Origin: a virus
Taxonomy: Duplodnaviria > Caudoviricetes
DNA: 54,927 nt
Virus record (IMG/VR): IMGVR_UViG_3300020042_012365
Span: 1 to 54,927 of that record
Reading direction: 5' to 3' (one strand)
Part shown: positions 9,001-17,164 of the stretch, piece by piece
Layout: each line of letters starts with the position of its first letter
Numbering within the stretch: the first letter of the stretch is position 1
Notes under the pieces: generated by a model
Seen by the model: the letters and a program-made list of their open reading frames with translations, nothing else
The model's database searches: none
What the model was told of the DNA's origin: nothing
Position numbers and translations under genes: made by a program

Positions 9001-11931
9001 TATTCCAATACAATAGGAAGCTATAACGTTGCTCAAGGTTATAGAGCATTATTTTCAAATACTTCAGGAAGTTTTAACGTTGCTTTAGGTAGAGATGCTT
9101 TATATTACAATACAACAGGAAACTCCAACGTTGCTTTAGGCCAAAGTGCTTTACAATCAAATACAACAGGATACAATAACGTTGCTTTAGGTAGACAAGC
9201 TTTACAATACAATACAACAGGAAATTATAACGTTGCTTTAGGTAGAAGGGCTTTATATTCAAATACAACAGGAACCAATAATGTTGCTCAAGGTTACAAA
9301 GCTTTAAATTCAAATACAACAGGACAAAATAACGTTGCTCAAGGTTATAGAGCATTATTTTCAAATACTTCAGGAAGCAACAATATTGCTCAAGGTTACA
9401 AATCATTATATTACAATACAACAGGAAACTATAACGTTGCTTTAGGTAGAAGTGCTTTATATTCAAATACAACAGGAAACAATAACGTTGCTTTAGGTAG
9501 AGAAGCTTTACGTGACAATACAACAGGAAACTATAACGTTGCTTTAGGTCAAAGTTCTTTACGTGACAATACAACAGGAATTAATAACACTGCTTTAGGT
9601 AGAGAAGCTTTACGTTACAATACAATAGGACAAAATAACGTTGCTCAAGGTTATAGAGCATTATTTTCAAATACTTCAGGAAACGCTAACGTTGCTTTAG
9701 GTAGAGAAGCTTTACGTTACAATACAATAGGAAGCTATAACGTTGCTCAAGGTTATAGAGCATTATTTTCAAATACTTCAGGAAGCAATAATGTTGCTTT
9801 AGGTGCAAGTGCTTTACGTTCTAATACAGTAGGAAACTTTAACGTTGCTTTAGGCCCAGGTGCTTTACAATTAAATACAACAGGAACCAAAAACGTTGCT
9901 TTAGGACAATATTCTTTAAATCAAAATACAACAGGAAATAATAATATAGCTCAAGGTTACAAAGCATTATATTCAAATACAACAGGATACAATAACGTTG
10001 CTTTAGGTCCACTTGCTTTACGTAATAATACTTCAGGAAGTAACAACGTTGCTTTAGGTATAAGTGCTTTACAATACAATACAACAGGAAACTTTAACGT
10101 TGCTTTAGGTCCAAATGCTTTACGTTACAATACAATAGGAATTAATAACACTGCTTTAGGATATCGTGCTTTACAATACAATACAACAGGATACAATAAC
10201 ACTGCTTTAGGAGGAAATGCTTTACAATACAATACAACAGGAACCAATAACGTTGCTTTAGGATATCGTGCTTTACGTTACAATACAACAGGAAATAATA
10301 ATATAGCTCAAGGTTACAATGCTTTACGTTACAATACAACAGGACAAAATAACGTTGCTTTAGGTCCAAATGCTTTACGTTACAATACAACAGGATACAA
10401 CAACGTTGCTTTAGGTAACAGTGCTTTACGTGACAATACAACAGCAAACTCTAACGTTGCTTTAGGGTATCGTGCTTTACGTCAAAATACAACAGGAACC
10501 TATAACGTTGCTTTAGGTAGACAAGCTTTATATTATAATACAATAGGAAATAATAATATAGCTCAAGGTTACAATGCTTTACGTTATAATACAACAGGAA
10601 ACTATAACGTTGCTTTAGGTAGCAGTGCTTTATATTCAAATACTTCAGGAAGCAATAATGTTGCTTTAGGTAGAGAAGCTTTATTTTCAAATACAACAGG
10701 AAACTATAACGTTGCTTTAGGTCAAAGTTCTTTACGTGACAATACAACAGGAAACTATAACGTTGCTTTAGGTAGAGAAGCTTTATTTTCAAATACAACA
10801 GGAACCAATAACGTTGCTTTAGGTCTAAGTGCTTTATTATCCAATACAACAGGAAACTATAACGTTGCTTTAGGATCAGGTTCTTTACAATCAAATACAA
10901 CAGGAAACACTAACATTGCTTTAGGTAAAAATGCTTTACATAATAATACAACAGGAAACGCTAACGTTGCTTTAACCCAAACTGCTTTATATAATAATAC
11001 AACAGGATTCAGTAACATTGCTTTAGGTGATAGTGCTTTAAAATACAATACAACAGGATACCTTAACGTTGCTTTAGGTGCAAGTTCTTTACGTAACAAT
11101 ACAACAGGAAAAAGCAACATAGCTCAAGGAGGCAGTGCTTTATTTTACAATACAACAGGAAACTATAACGTTGCTTTAGGTCTAAATGCTTTAAAATCCA
11201 ATACAGAAGGAACCGATAACATAGCCCAAGGTTACAGAGCATTATATTCAAATACAACAGGAAGTCACAACATTGCTTTAGGTAATGGTGCCTTAAATTA
11301 CAATACTTCAGGAAGTTTTAACGTTGCTTTAGGTAAAGGTGCTTTATTTTTAAATACAGAAGGAAACGATAATATTGTTTTAGGTAGAGATGCTTTACGT
11401 TACAGCACTACAGGATTTAATAACGTTGCTTTAGGTCCAAGTTCTTTAGGTTCTAATACAACAGGATTTCAAAACGTTGCTTTAGGTATAAATGCTTTAG
11501 GTTCTAATACAACAGGAGTAAGTAATATTGGAATAGGGGCCGCAGCTTTAGTAAGTACCACAACAGGAACCGGAAATATAGCTCTAGGAAGTGCTTTACG
11601 TTACAATACAACAGGAAATCAAAATTTAGCTTTAGGAAATTTAGCAATGTATTATCATGCTTCAGGAAATAACAACATTGCTATAGGATATAAAGCTTTA
11701 ATGCCCAATACATCAGGAAGTAATAATACAGCAATAGGTATAGATACATTATCAGGTAATTTTTCAACATCTGTAATTCTAGGACGAGGAGCTACAGCAA
11801 CAGCAGATAATCAATTCGTTATAGGTGCTACCTCATATAATGCCGGATCTGTTGCTACAGAATCCAATTCCTCCACTAGAGTATGGAATGTTATAATAAA
11901 TGGAGTTGCTAGAAAAATATTATTAGCCTAA
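6016..11931 (+). CDS. Giant tail fibre/adhesin-like protein with YadA-head-like 14-aa beta-roll repeats
   Basis: SGSL.VTGS repeats, about 11 SHAEG repeats, then roughly 100 NTTG..NVALG..AL.. repeats. Confidence 0.75.
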   Translation: MALTLNKIGVTTGNTVEAYHVTQSIDAFTGEEAYDITLSGSLTVTGSVIVTSGLTGSLQGTASYATNVLSSSFASTASFFSGTVVSASYALTASFALNAGGGAAFPFTGSALITGSLGVTGSLSNGNGNIASGIFSHAEGSTTTSTGIYSHAEGNSTTSTGNYSHAEGNGTTSTGIASHAEGELTISTGDASHAEGETTISSGSYSHAEGASTISTGMASHAEGALTDAIGDYSHAEGASTTATGFGSHAEGQSTLSLGLYSHAEGESTTATGNWSHAEGLGTVASGSYQHVQGQYNISSSAQAAFIHGNGTSTSARSNLIFASGSQVQVTGSVIVTSGFTGSLLGTATTASSTPNAIITASVSSNTITFTKGNGTTFPITVNTGSGGGGGSAFPFTGSAGISGSILINSQLTLGVGSGAFLGGPTHNVALGKNNLQSNTSGSFNVALGYGALASNTTGYNNVALGQALGSNTTGKYNVALGAALGSNTTGNYNVALGRTALNANTTGLYNVALSKHALYSNTIGTANIALGLTALYSNTTGNSNVALGDSALYSNTSGSNNVALGSSALRYNTTGNQNVALGTQALLSNTSGNNNVALGLSALYSNTTGLYNVALGSNALYYNTTGTANVALGINALNYNTIGTANVALGPSALRYNTTGNYNVALGRKALYSNTTGTNNVALGLSALYSNTTGNRNVAQGYQALFLNTIGNNNIAQGYRALYSNTSGSYNVAQGYRALYSNTEGTDNIAQGYKSLYYNTTGNYNVALGRNALQSNTTGNQNVALGNSALRQNTTGTNNVALGINALNSNTSGSNNVALGQSALRDNTTGTANVALGPSALTSNTTGGENIALGPNALYSNTSGTNNVALGSGSLSSNTSGYNNVALGSLALRSNTTGNNNIAQGTNALQQNTTGNYNVALGPSALQYNTIGNYNVALGRNTLTSNTTGNHNVAQGYKALNSNTTGYNNVALGPRALRSNTEGTDNIAQGYRALYSNTIGSYNVAQGYRALFSNTSGSFNVALGRDALYYNTTGNSNVALGQSALQSNTTGYNNVALGRQALQYNTTGNYNVALGRRALYSNTTGTNNVAQGYKALNSNTTGQNNVAQGYRALFSNTSGSNNIAQGYKSLYYNTTGNYNVALGRSALYSNTTGNNNVALGREALRDNTTGNYNVALGQSSLRDNTTGINNTALGREALRYNTIGQNNVAQGYRALFSNTSGNANVALGREALRYNTIGSYNVAQGYRALFSNTSGSNNVALGASALRSNTVGNFNVALGPGALQLNTTGTKNVALGQYSLNQNTTGNNNIAQGYKALYSNTTGYNNVALGPLALRNNTSGSNNVALGISALQYNTTGNFNVALGPNALRYNTIGINNTALGYRALQYNTTGYNNTALGGNALQYNTTGTNNVALGYRALRYNTTGNNNIAQGYNALRYNTTGQNNVALGPNALRYNTTGYNNVALGNSALRDNTTANSNVALGYRALRQNTTGTYNVALGRQALYYNTIGNNNIAQGYNALRYNTTGNYNVALGSSALYSNTSGSNNVALGREALFSNTTGNYNVALGQSSLRDNTTGNYNVALGREALFSNTTGTNNVALGLSALLSNTTGNYNVALGSGSLQSNTTGNTNIALGKNALHNNTTGNANVALTQTALYNNTTGFSNIALGDSALKYNTTGYLNVALGASSLRNNTTGKSNIAQGGSALFYNTTGNYNVALGLNALKSNTEGTDNIAQGYRALYSNTTGSHNIALGNGALNYNTSGSFNVALGKGALFLNTEGNDNIVLGRDALRYSTTGFNNVALGPSSLGSNTTGFQNVALGINALGSNTTGVSNIGIGAAALVSTTTGTGNIALGSALRYNTTGNQNLALGNLAMYYHASGNNNIAIGYKALMPNTSGSNNTAIGIDTLSGNFSTSVILGRGATATADNQFVIGATSYNAGSVATESNSSTRVWNVIINGVARKILLA
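6415..6860 (+). repeat. 42-bp period repeats encoding SHAEG units
   Basis: tcacacgcagaagg recurs every 42 bp. Confidence 0.85.
7294..11740 (+). repeat. 42-bp period coding tandem array (about 100 units)
   Basis: aatacaacagga...aacgttgctttagg repeated throughout; unit count estimated as length/42. Confidence 0.95.
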
Positions 11932-11964
11932 TCTTTAAACTTAAAATAAATAAATAAACAAATA

Positions 11965-11988
11965 AAACAAACAAACAAACAAACAAAC
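11965..11988 (+). repeat. (AAAC)6 microsatellite in translation leader
   Basis: Directly visible just upstream of ATG 11992. Confidence 0.85.
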
Positions 11989-11991
11989 AAA

Positions 11992-12228
11992 ATGGAAACA
12001 AAAACACCAAACCCAACACAATCAATTAGCGCAGCTTTTGATTCAGTAAATTTAATCAACAAACTTATCACTGAAACCGCAGACGATAAGAAAAAAGGAA
12101 ATGTTGAAAGAAATGTTAAACATTTAGAAGTAATGTTAACAAAAGAATTTTTTACAGAAGCTTTAACAGTACAACAAAAATCAGATATTGATGCTTGTAT
12201 TGTAGCTGGAAATGCATATACAGTTTAA
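11992..12228 (+). CDS. Small helical protein following the fibre (possible fibre chaperone)
   Basis: 78 aa; position directly after the fibre gene. Confidence 0.55.
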   Translation: METKTPNPTQSISAAFDSVNLINKLITETADDKKKGNVERNVKHLEVMLTKEFFTEALTVQQKSDIDACIVAGNAYTV

Positions 12229-12243
12229 TATTTGCAAATAAAA

Positions 12244-12273
12244 TTTGGAGACTCAAAAGAGTCTCCATATGTT
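12244..12273 (+). promoter_or_regulatory. Promoter-like TTGGAG-N17-TATGTT with perfect hairpin GGAGACTC-AAAA-GAGTCTCC
   Basis: 8-bp inverted repeat; spacing identical to other promoters; precedes sulfotransferase. Confidence 0.55.
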
Positions 12274-12297
12274 TTAAATATATAAAAGTTATAAAAA

Positions 12298-13113
12298 ATG
12301 ATTAAAAAAGTATTTTACAATTCATCTCTGCCAAGAGCAGGATCAACTTTGCTTCAAAATGTATTGATGCAAAACCCAGAAATTTATTCAACTCCAACTT
12401 CAGGTGTAATCGAATTTCTATTACAAGCCCGTACTTTATATACAACGGGAGATGCTTTTAAAGCACAAGATTCAAAGGATATGGAAAAAGGATTCCAAGG
12501 ATTTTGCAAAGCAGGACTATATGGTTTTTTTGATTCTATAACAGATCGACCATATGTAATTGATAAAAGTAGAGCATGGGTAGGCAATTTTCGCTTTGCC
12601 AACTTTATAGAACCAAATCCTAAAGTAATTGTTATGGTTCGTGATTTGAGAAGTATATTTGCTTCTATGGAAAAAAATTATAGAAAAAACCCCCACAAGG
12701 ATCCACTTATTGTAAACGGAGCACAACTCCAAAACATGACAGCGGATTCACGTTTAAAACATTTTTCTGTTTCCCCACCAATTGGACCATCTCTAGAATG
12801 GTTATATGATGCTATTCAACAAGGATACGATGAGCATTTTCTATTTATTCGCTTTGAGGATTTTACAAAAGACCCAGAAACAGAAATTAAACGTATCTAT
12901 CACTATTTAGATATCCCATATTTCAAACACGATTTTGAAAATATAGAACAACTAACACATGAAAATGATGTTATACATGGTATATTTGGAGACCACGAAA
13001 TACACCCCGTAATCAAACCACTAATAGAAGATTATACTAGTATATTAGGTTTTCAGAATTGTGATATAATCAAGCAAAACTATCAGTGGTTCTTTGACAA
13101 ATTCAATTACTAG
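12298..13113 (+). CDS. PAPS-dependent sulfotransferase
   Basis: SLPRAGSTLL 5-prime-PSB loop, DKSR, MVRD...S 3-prime-PB motif, RFEDF..DP. Confidence 0.85.
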   Translation: MIKKVFYNSSLPRAGSTLLQNVLMQNPEIYSTPTSGVIEFLLQARTLYTTGDAFKAQDSKDMEKGFQGFCKAGLYGFFDSITDRPYVIDKSRAWVGNFRFANFIEPNPKVIVMVRDLRSIFASMEKNYRKNPHKDPLIVNGAQLQNMTADSRLKHFSVSPPIGPSLEWLYDAIQQGYDEHFLFIRFEDFTKDPETEIKRIYHYLDIPYFKHDFENIEQLTHENDVIHGIFGDHEIHPVIKPLIEDYTSILGFQNCDIIKQNYQWFFDKFNY

Positions 13114-13116
13114 AAT

Positions 13117-13545
13117 ATGATATATTGGTTTACAGGACAACCAGGACATGGTAAAACTGTCTTGGCAAAAACATTAAATGAAAAATATTTTAAAAATAAA
13201 GCATTCCATGTTGATGGAGATGATTTGCGGGAAATATTTGATAATAAGGACTATAGCGAAGCGGGTAGAAGAAAAAATATTGAACTGGCACAACATATAT
13301 CCCACTTTTTAAACAATAAAGGAGAAAATGTAATTGTATCTTTAGTTTCCCCATATAAAGATCAACGAGATATGTTCAAAGAAAAAATAGGAGATAATAT
13401 TAAGGAAATCTATGTTCATACCACGGAAATCCGCGGCAGAGAAAATTTTCACGTAGCAGATTATCAACCACCAAGTGAGCGTTTTATAGATGCTAATACT
13501 ACCGATTGCACACCAGAAGAAACATTAAATACAATAAAGTTATGA
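13117..13545 (+). CDS. cysC: Adenylylsulfate (APS) kinase
   Basis: WFTGQPGHGKT P-loop, DGDDLR, DYSEAGR, SLVSPY, YQPP. Confidence 0.85.
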   Translation: MIYWFTGQPGHGKTVLAKTLNEKYFKNKAFHVDGDDLREIFDNKDYSEAGRRKNIELAQHISHFLNNKGENVIVSLVSPYKDQRDMFKEKIGDNIKEIYVHTTEIRGRENFHVADYQPPSERFIDANTTDCTPEETLNTIKL

Positions 13546-13943
13546 GTTGGAGTAAAAAAATACACGTAGAATCATCTATCCCACCACGTGAAGGACAATA
13601 TGCAATGTTTATTGGTAGATGGCAACCTCTACACGTTGGACATAAAGCACTATTTCAAGGTGTATTAGATGAAGGTAAAAACGTTTTAATTTGTATTAGA
13701 GATGGAGCGGTAAATGAGAAAAATCCATTTACACCTCAAGAAGTACTTCTCAATATTGCAAACGAAATGAAAGACCAAGTTGAACAAGGAAGAGTAAAAA
13801 TAATGGTAATACCAGATATATGTTCTGTTGAATTTGGTCGTGGAGTAGGATACGATATAATCGAACACATTCCCCCAACAGAAATTGGAGAAATTTCAGC
13901 AACAAAGGTTAGAGAACAATTAAGAAAAGATGGTAAGTTATAA
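13542..13943 (+). CDS. Small HxGH nucleotidyltransferase (cytidyltransferase-like; candidate ATP sulfurylase)
   Basis: GRWQPLHVGH, NPF, GRGVGY, ISATKVR; ATGA overlap with cysC. Confidence 0.75.
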   Translation: MSWSKKIHVESSIPPREGQYAMFIGRWQPLHVGHKALFQGVLDEGKNVLICIRDGAVNEKNPFTPQEVLLNIANEMKDQVEQGRVKIMVIPDICSVEFGRGVGYDIIEHIPPTEIGEISATKVREQLRKDGKL

Positions 13944-14136
13944 AAGACACATTGCAAAAACTATCAGCTATCGTATTTTAAGTACATTAATTGGATTTAT
14001 TATTATGTTTATTATTAGTGGTTCATTTAAAATAGGAGCAGCATTTGGTATAATAGAATTATTATATAAACCTTTACAATATTATATTCATGAACGAATA
14101 TGGTATAAATGGATTAAATTTGGGTTAAAAAAATAA
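13930..14136 (+). CDS. DUF2061-like small membrane protein
   Basis: R..AKT.SYR...T ... YY.HER.W pattern. Confidence 0.75.
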   Translation: MVSYKRHIAKTISYRILSTLIGFIIMFIISGSFKIGAAFGIIELLYKPLQYYIHERIWYKWIKFGLKK

Positions 14137-14140
14137 AATA

Positions 14141-14170
14141 TTTGGAGGAGCGAAAGCTCTTTCGTATATT
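14141..14170 (+). promoter_or_regulatory. Promoter TTGGAG-N17-TATATT with GAGC-GAAA-GCTC hairpin in spacer
   Basis: Exact TTCGTATATT at 14161. Confidence 0.7.
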
Positions 14171-14187
14171 TTATCAAAATTAAAGTT

Positions 14188-14478
14188 ATGGGAAGAGGAA
14201 GACCTTCGAAAAAAATCGCACCAAAAGTATCATTTGTCCGAACAGGTAGACCTGTATCTGAAAAAATAGTAGTTTGTGTTGTTTATAAAAAACCAACAGG
14301 TAAAAAACACTACCTAAACACATACAAAAACCTTGAACTAGATTCCATTATATCTAACAGAAAACATATACCTGCTATTCCAGATGACTATGAAATCGTT
14401 GATATTGGAGTAGGAAAGTCATATATTGAGAGATATAAAAAACAATATAAAATAGATAAAATAACAATACAAGATTAA
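14188..14478 (+). CDS. Basic protein with AT-hook-like motifs
   Basis: GRGRPSKK and RTGRP. Confidence 0.6.
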   Translation: MGRGRPSKKIAPKVSFVRTGRPVSEKIVVCVVYKKPTGKKHYLNTYKNLELDSIISNRKHIPAIPDDYEIVDIGVGKSYIERYKKQYKIDKITIQD

Positions 14479-14487
14479 TTTAAATAT

Positions 14488-15186
14488 ATGAGTGAAAATA
14501 AACGTAGAAAAAATCACACTGATTTAGAGTGTGTACAAGTAGGTTTTGCAAATGGAGTAGCCCCTGGTTTCCCACTTACAGAACAAGAAAAATGGAAAAT
14601 GGTTAATGAAGCAGAAGAAGCTTATGGTCAATTTTTAACTGCATTAGGTGTAGATTGGAAAAATGATCCAAATTCATCAGAAACACCTCGAAGGATAGCT
14701 AAAAAATATGTATTTGAACAATGGAAAGGACGATATGACTTACCCCCAACAATAACATCATTTCCTAGTGATGGATATGACGGACTTGTTACTGAATGTA
14801 ATATACCATTAACCAGTATGTGTAGCCACCATCACGAAAGTATTCTAGGAAGAGTCCATATTTCATATATACCTGGAGAAGGTGGTAGAGTAATTGGTTT
14901 ATCTAAATTAAATCGCATAGTTGAACATTTTGGTCGTAGAGGAGCAATCCAAGAACAGCTTACAATGGCTATCTATAAAGCTGTAGATAAAGTATGTGAA
15001 GGTAATATTGGAGTTGCTGTGCAAATTGTAGCTTCACACTCCTGTGTATCATGTCGTGGCACAGGTCATCGAGGTGCATCTATGATTACCACTAAACTCT
15101 CAGGAAATTTCTTTGGGTTACCGGTAGTTAGAAATGAATTTTTTGATGCTATTAAAAGTGCTAATGCTCTAAAAGATACCCATTAA
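14488..15186 (+). CDS. folE: GTP cyclohydrolase I
   Basis: TPRRIAK, SMCSHH, GLSKL.R, QEQLT, HSC..CRG. Confidence 0.92.
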   Translation: MSENKRRKNHTDLECVQVGFANGVAPGFPLTEQEKWKMVNEAEEAYGQFLTALGVDWKNDPNSSETPRRIAKKYVFEQWKGRYDLPPTITSFPSDGYDGLVTECNIPLTSMCSHHHESILGRVHISYIPGEGGRVIGLSKLNRIVEHFGRRGAIQEQLTMAIYKAVDKVCEGNIGVAVQIVASHSCVSCRGTGHRGASMITTKLSGNFFGLPVVRNEFFDAIKSANALKDTH

Positions 15187-15245
15187 TTTGTCTTAAAACT
15201 CGTTGAAGGGGAGTAATTCATAATATTTATAATAAAATTAACCTT

Positions 15246-16022
15246 ATGAGTATTGGTATTTACAAAATCACTTCCCCATCAAATAAAGTTTATATAGGTC
15301 AATCTGTTAATATTGAACGAAGATTTAAACATTATAAAAATTTAAAAGAAATAAAGGGACAAAAGAAAATATATTTTTCTATAAAAAAACATGGATATGA
15401 AACTCATTTATTTGAAATACTAGAAGAATGTAGTATAGATGAATTAAATTTTAGAGAAGAATATTGGATTAGTTTATATAATAGTTGTAATAACGGATTA
15501 AACATAAGTGAGGGAGGAGGAAGTTTTGGAAAATTTAATAAAGGTAAAAAAAGACCATCTAAAGTTAAACTTAAAATTTCCCAAACTAAACAAAATAATC
15601 CAAGAAAAACAACAAAAGAAATGATTCAAACATACCGTGATGCTTCCCCAACAAAAAAAGAAATATTCCAATATGATCTAGAAGGCAATTTTATTAAAAA
15701 ATACCCAAGTATAAATGAAGCCTCCAGACAGCTAGAAATTAGAAATGATGGAATCTCAGCATGCCTTAGAGGAAAACAAAAATCAGCATATAGTTTCCAA
15801 TGGTTCTATACTTTTCAAAATTACGTTCATCCAATAACTGAATCATCCAAACCCCCACAATGGAAAGGTAATAGGAATTTAGAATTAGATAAACATATAA
15901 TTGAAATTTTAAAAATGTATGACGAAGGTAAAAATATAACTTATATAGCTAAAAAATTTAATGTTCATCGAGATGCAATAAAACAAAGAATTAATGAAAA
16001 CAAAAACCCTTGGAATTCATAA
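15246..16022 (+). CDS. Free-standing GIY-YIG homing endonuclease with NUMOD-like domains and C-terminal HTH
   Basis: GIYKIT...VYIGQS, R...H, E..WI, GLN...GG; QYDLEG..I..Y.SI.EA NUMOD1-like motif. Confidence 0.88.
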   Translation: MSIGIYKITSPSNKVYIGQSVNIERRFKHYKNLKEIKGQKKIYFSIKKHGYETHLFEILEECSIDELNFREEYWISLYNSCNNGLNISEGGGSFGKFNKGKKRPSKVKLKISQTKQNNPRKTTKEMIQTYRDASPTKKEIFQYDLEGNFIKKYPSINEASRQLEIRNDGISACLRGKQKSAYSFQWFYTFQNYVHPITESSKPPQWKGNRNLELDKHIIEILKMYDEGKNITYIAKKFNVHRDAIKQRINENKNPWNS

Positions 16023-16054
16023 AAAGAAAATGTATATTTTATTAAAAGAAGAAA

Positions 16055-16243
16055 ATGGAAGATTTAAATACCAGATCTAAGGAAGAAATCCTTAAAATAA
16101 TTGATGCTGAATTGGAGGGTAATTTAATGATATTAATTGACCCAAAACATAAAGACAGCTTTAGTCAATCCCGAATTAACGTTTGGAAAGAAACTGTAAG
16201 CGAAAGATTATATATATACCTAATAGAAAATACAAATAAATGA
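16055..16243 (+). CDS. Hypothetical protein
   Basis: ORF track; ATGA overlap with the next gene. Confidence 0.5.
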   Translation: MEDLNTRSKEEILKIIDAELEGNLMILIDPKHKDSFSQSRINVWKETVSERLYIYLIENTNK

Positions 16244-16482
16244 AAATTATGGAAAAATCACAATTACTTTATAAAGCTTTAGAAGCAAAACATAAAGCCC
16301 AGATAGCAGAAGCAGAAGCAACACTATTTATTTACTTTACTAGCTCAGTTGGAATTGGAGAACATCCCCAACATTTAGAAGAAATGGATAAACTTATATC
16401 TCAACTAGCAGATGCTCAAGATAAACTTGAAACTTTAAGAAATTTAAAGTTTTTTAATTCAAACACACAACCCCCATTTTAA
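16240..16482 (+). CDS. Hypothetical phage protein (VGIGEHP motif)
   Basis: Helix-GIGEH-helix pattern. Confidence 0.65.
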   Translation: MKIMEKSQLLYKALEAKHKAQIAEAEATLFIYFTSSVGIGEHPQHLEEMDKLISQLADAQDKLETLRNLKFFNSNTQPPF

Positions 16483-16488
16483 TAAGTT

Positions 16489-17106
16489 ATGACACTACTA
16501 GAACAAAAACAAGAAGAATTAATTGATTTACTACATTCACAAGTAGTAGATCTTACAATGATGTCCAAGATTGAACTTGGAGATGATGTAATCAATGAGC
16601 TGAACAAAATTTCAAACGAAATACAAGACATAAAAGACAACTATGTTCCATTTGTATCAGAAGTGGAAGAATTTAATGCAGTAATGAATAAACCCAATAA
16701 TTATACCCCGAACATACCTGATGAAAAAGAGTGGATGTTTGTCTATAATTTCATTTTAGAAGAATTGGAGGAGTATAAACATGCATGCGAAACAGGAAAC
16801 ATTGTTGAAGTTCTTGATGCTCTATGTGACATTACCTACGTTTCATTGGGTAACGGTGCTATGTTACATGGTCTTAAGGATAAAGTATGGCCGGCATATC
16901 AAGAAGTACAAGCATCGAATCTTAGTAAAGCTTGCACTAGTGAAGAAGAGGCACAAGCAACCGTTAGAGTACGTTCCGAAGAGCAAAAGACACCATGTCA
17001 CTATGAAAAGGTTGGAGAATATTATATCGTCTATAGAAGTTCTGATAGGAAGGTAATGAAAAACATAAATTATTTTAGACCCGATTTATCTCAATTTTTA
17101 AAATAA
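16489..17106 (+). CDS. MazG/PRA-PH-like NTP pyrophosphohydrolase
   Basis: EELEE...EVLDALCD..YV and EV..SN.SK motifs. Confidence 0.75.
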   Translation: MTLLEQKQEELIDLLHSQVVDLTMMSKIELGDDVINELNKISNEIQDIKDNYVPFVSEVEEFNAVMNKPNNYTPNIPDEKEWMFVYNFILEELEEYKHACETGNIVEVLDALCDITYVSLGNGAMLHGLKDKVWPAYQEVQASNLSKACTSEEEAQATVRVRSEEQKTPCHYEKVGEYYIVYRSSDRKVMKNINYFRPDLSQFLK

Positions 17107-17113
17107 TCCATAG

Positions 17114-17147
17114 AAAGCTTGCCTACCGGCAGGCTTTTTTGTATCTT
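17114..17147 (+). terminator. Hairpin plus T-tract overlapping promoter-like TTGCCT-N17-TATCTT
   Basis: AAAGCTTGCC-TAC-CGGCAGGCTTTTTT; homologous elements at 24681 and 28420. Confidence 0.7.
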
Positions 17148-17164
17148 CATACCAAATAAAGTTT

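Noticed and set aside
7491-11257. Many minus-strand ORFs with LKQR/FLLY repeats
   Set aside because: Shadow frames of the 42-bp fibre repeat; the periodicity explains the lack of stops
7294-11740. CRISPR array or DGR template repeats
   Set aside because: Units are in-frame 42-bp coding repeats without unique spacers; no RT or cas operon seen; variation is not adenine-specific
15186-15246. Group I intron housing the GIY-YIG gene
   Set aside because: Flanks are too short and AT-rich for an intron core, and folE appears complete
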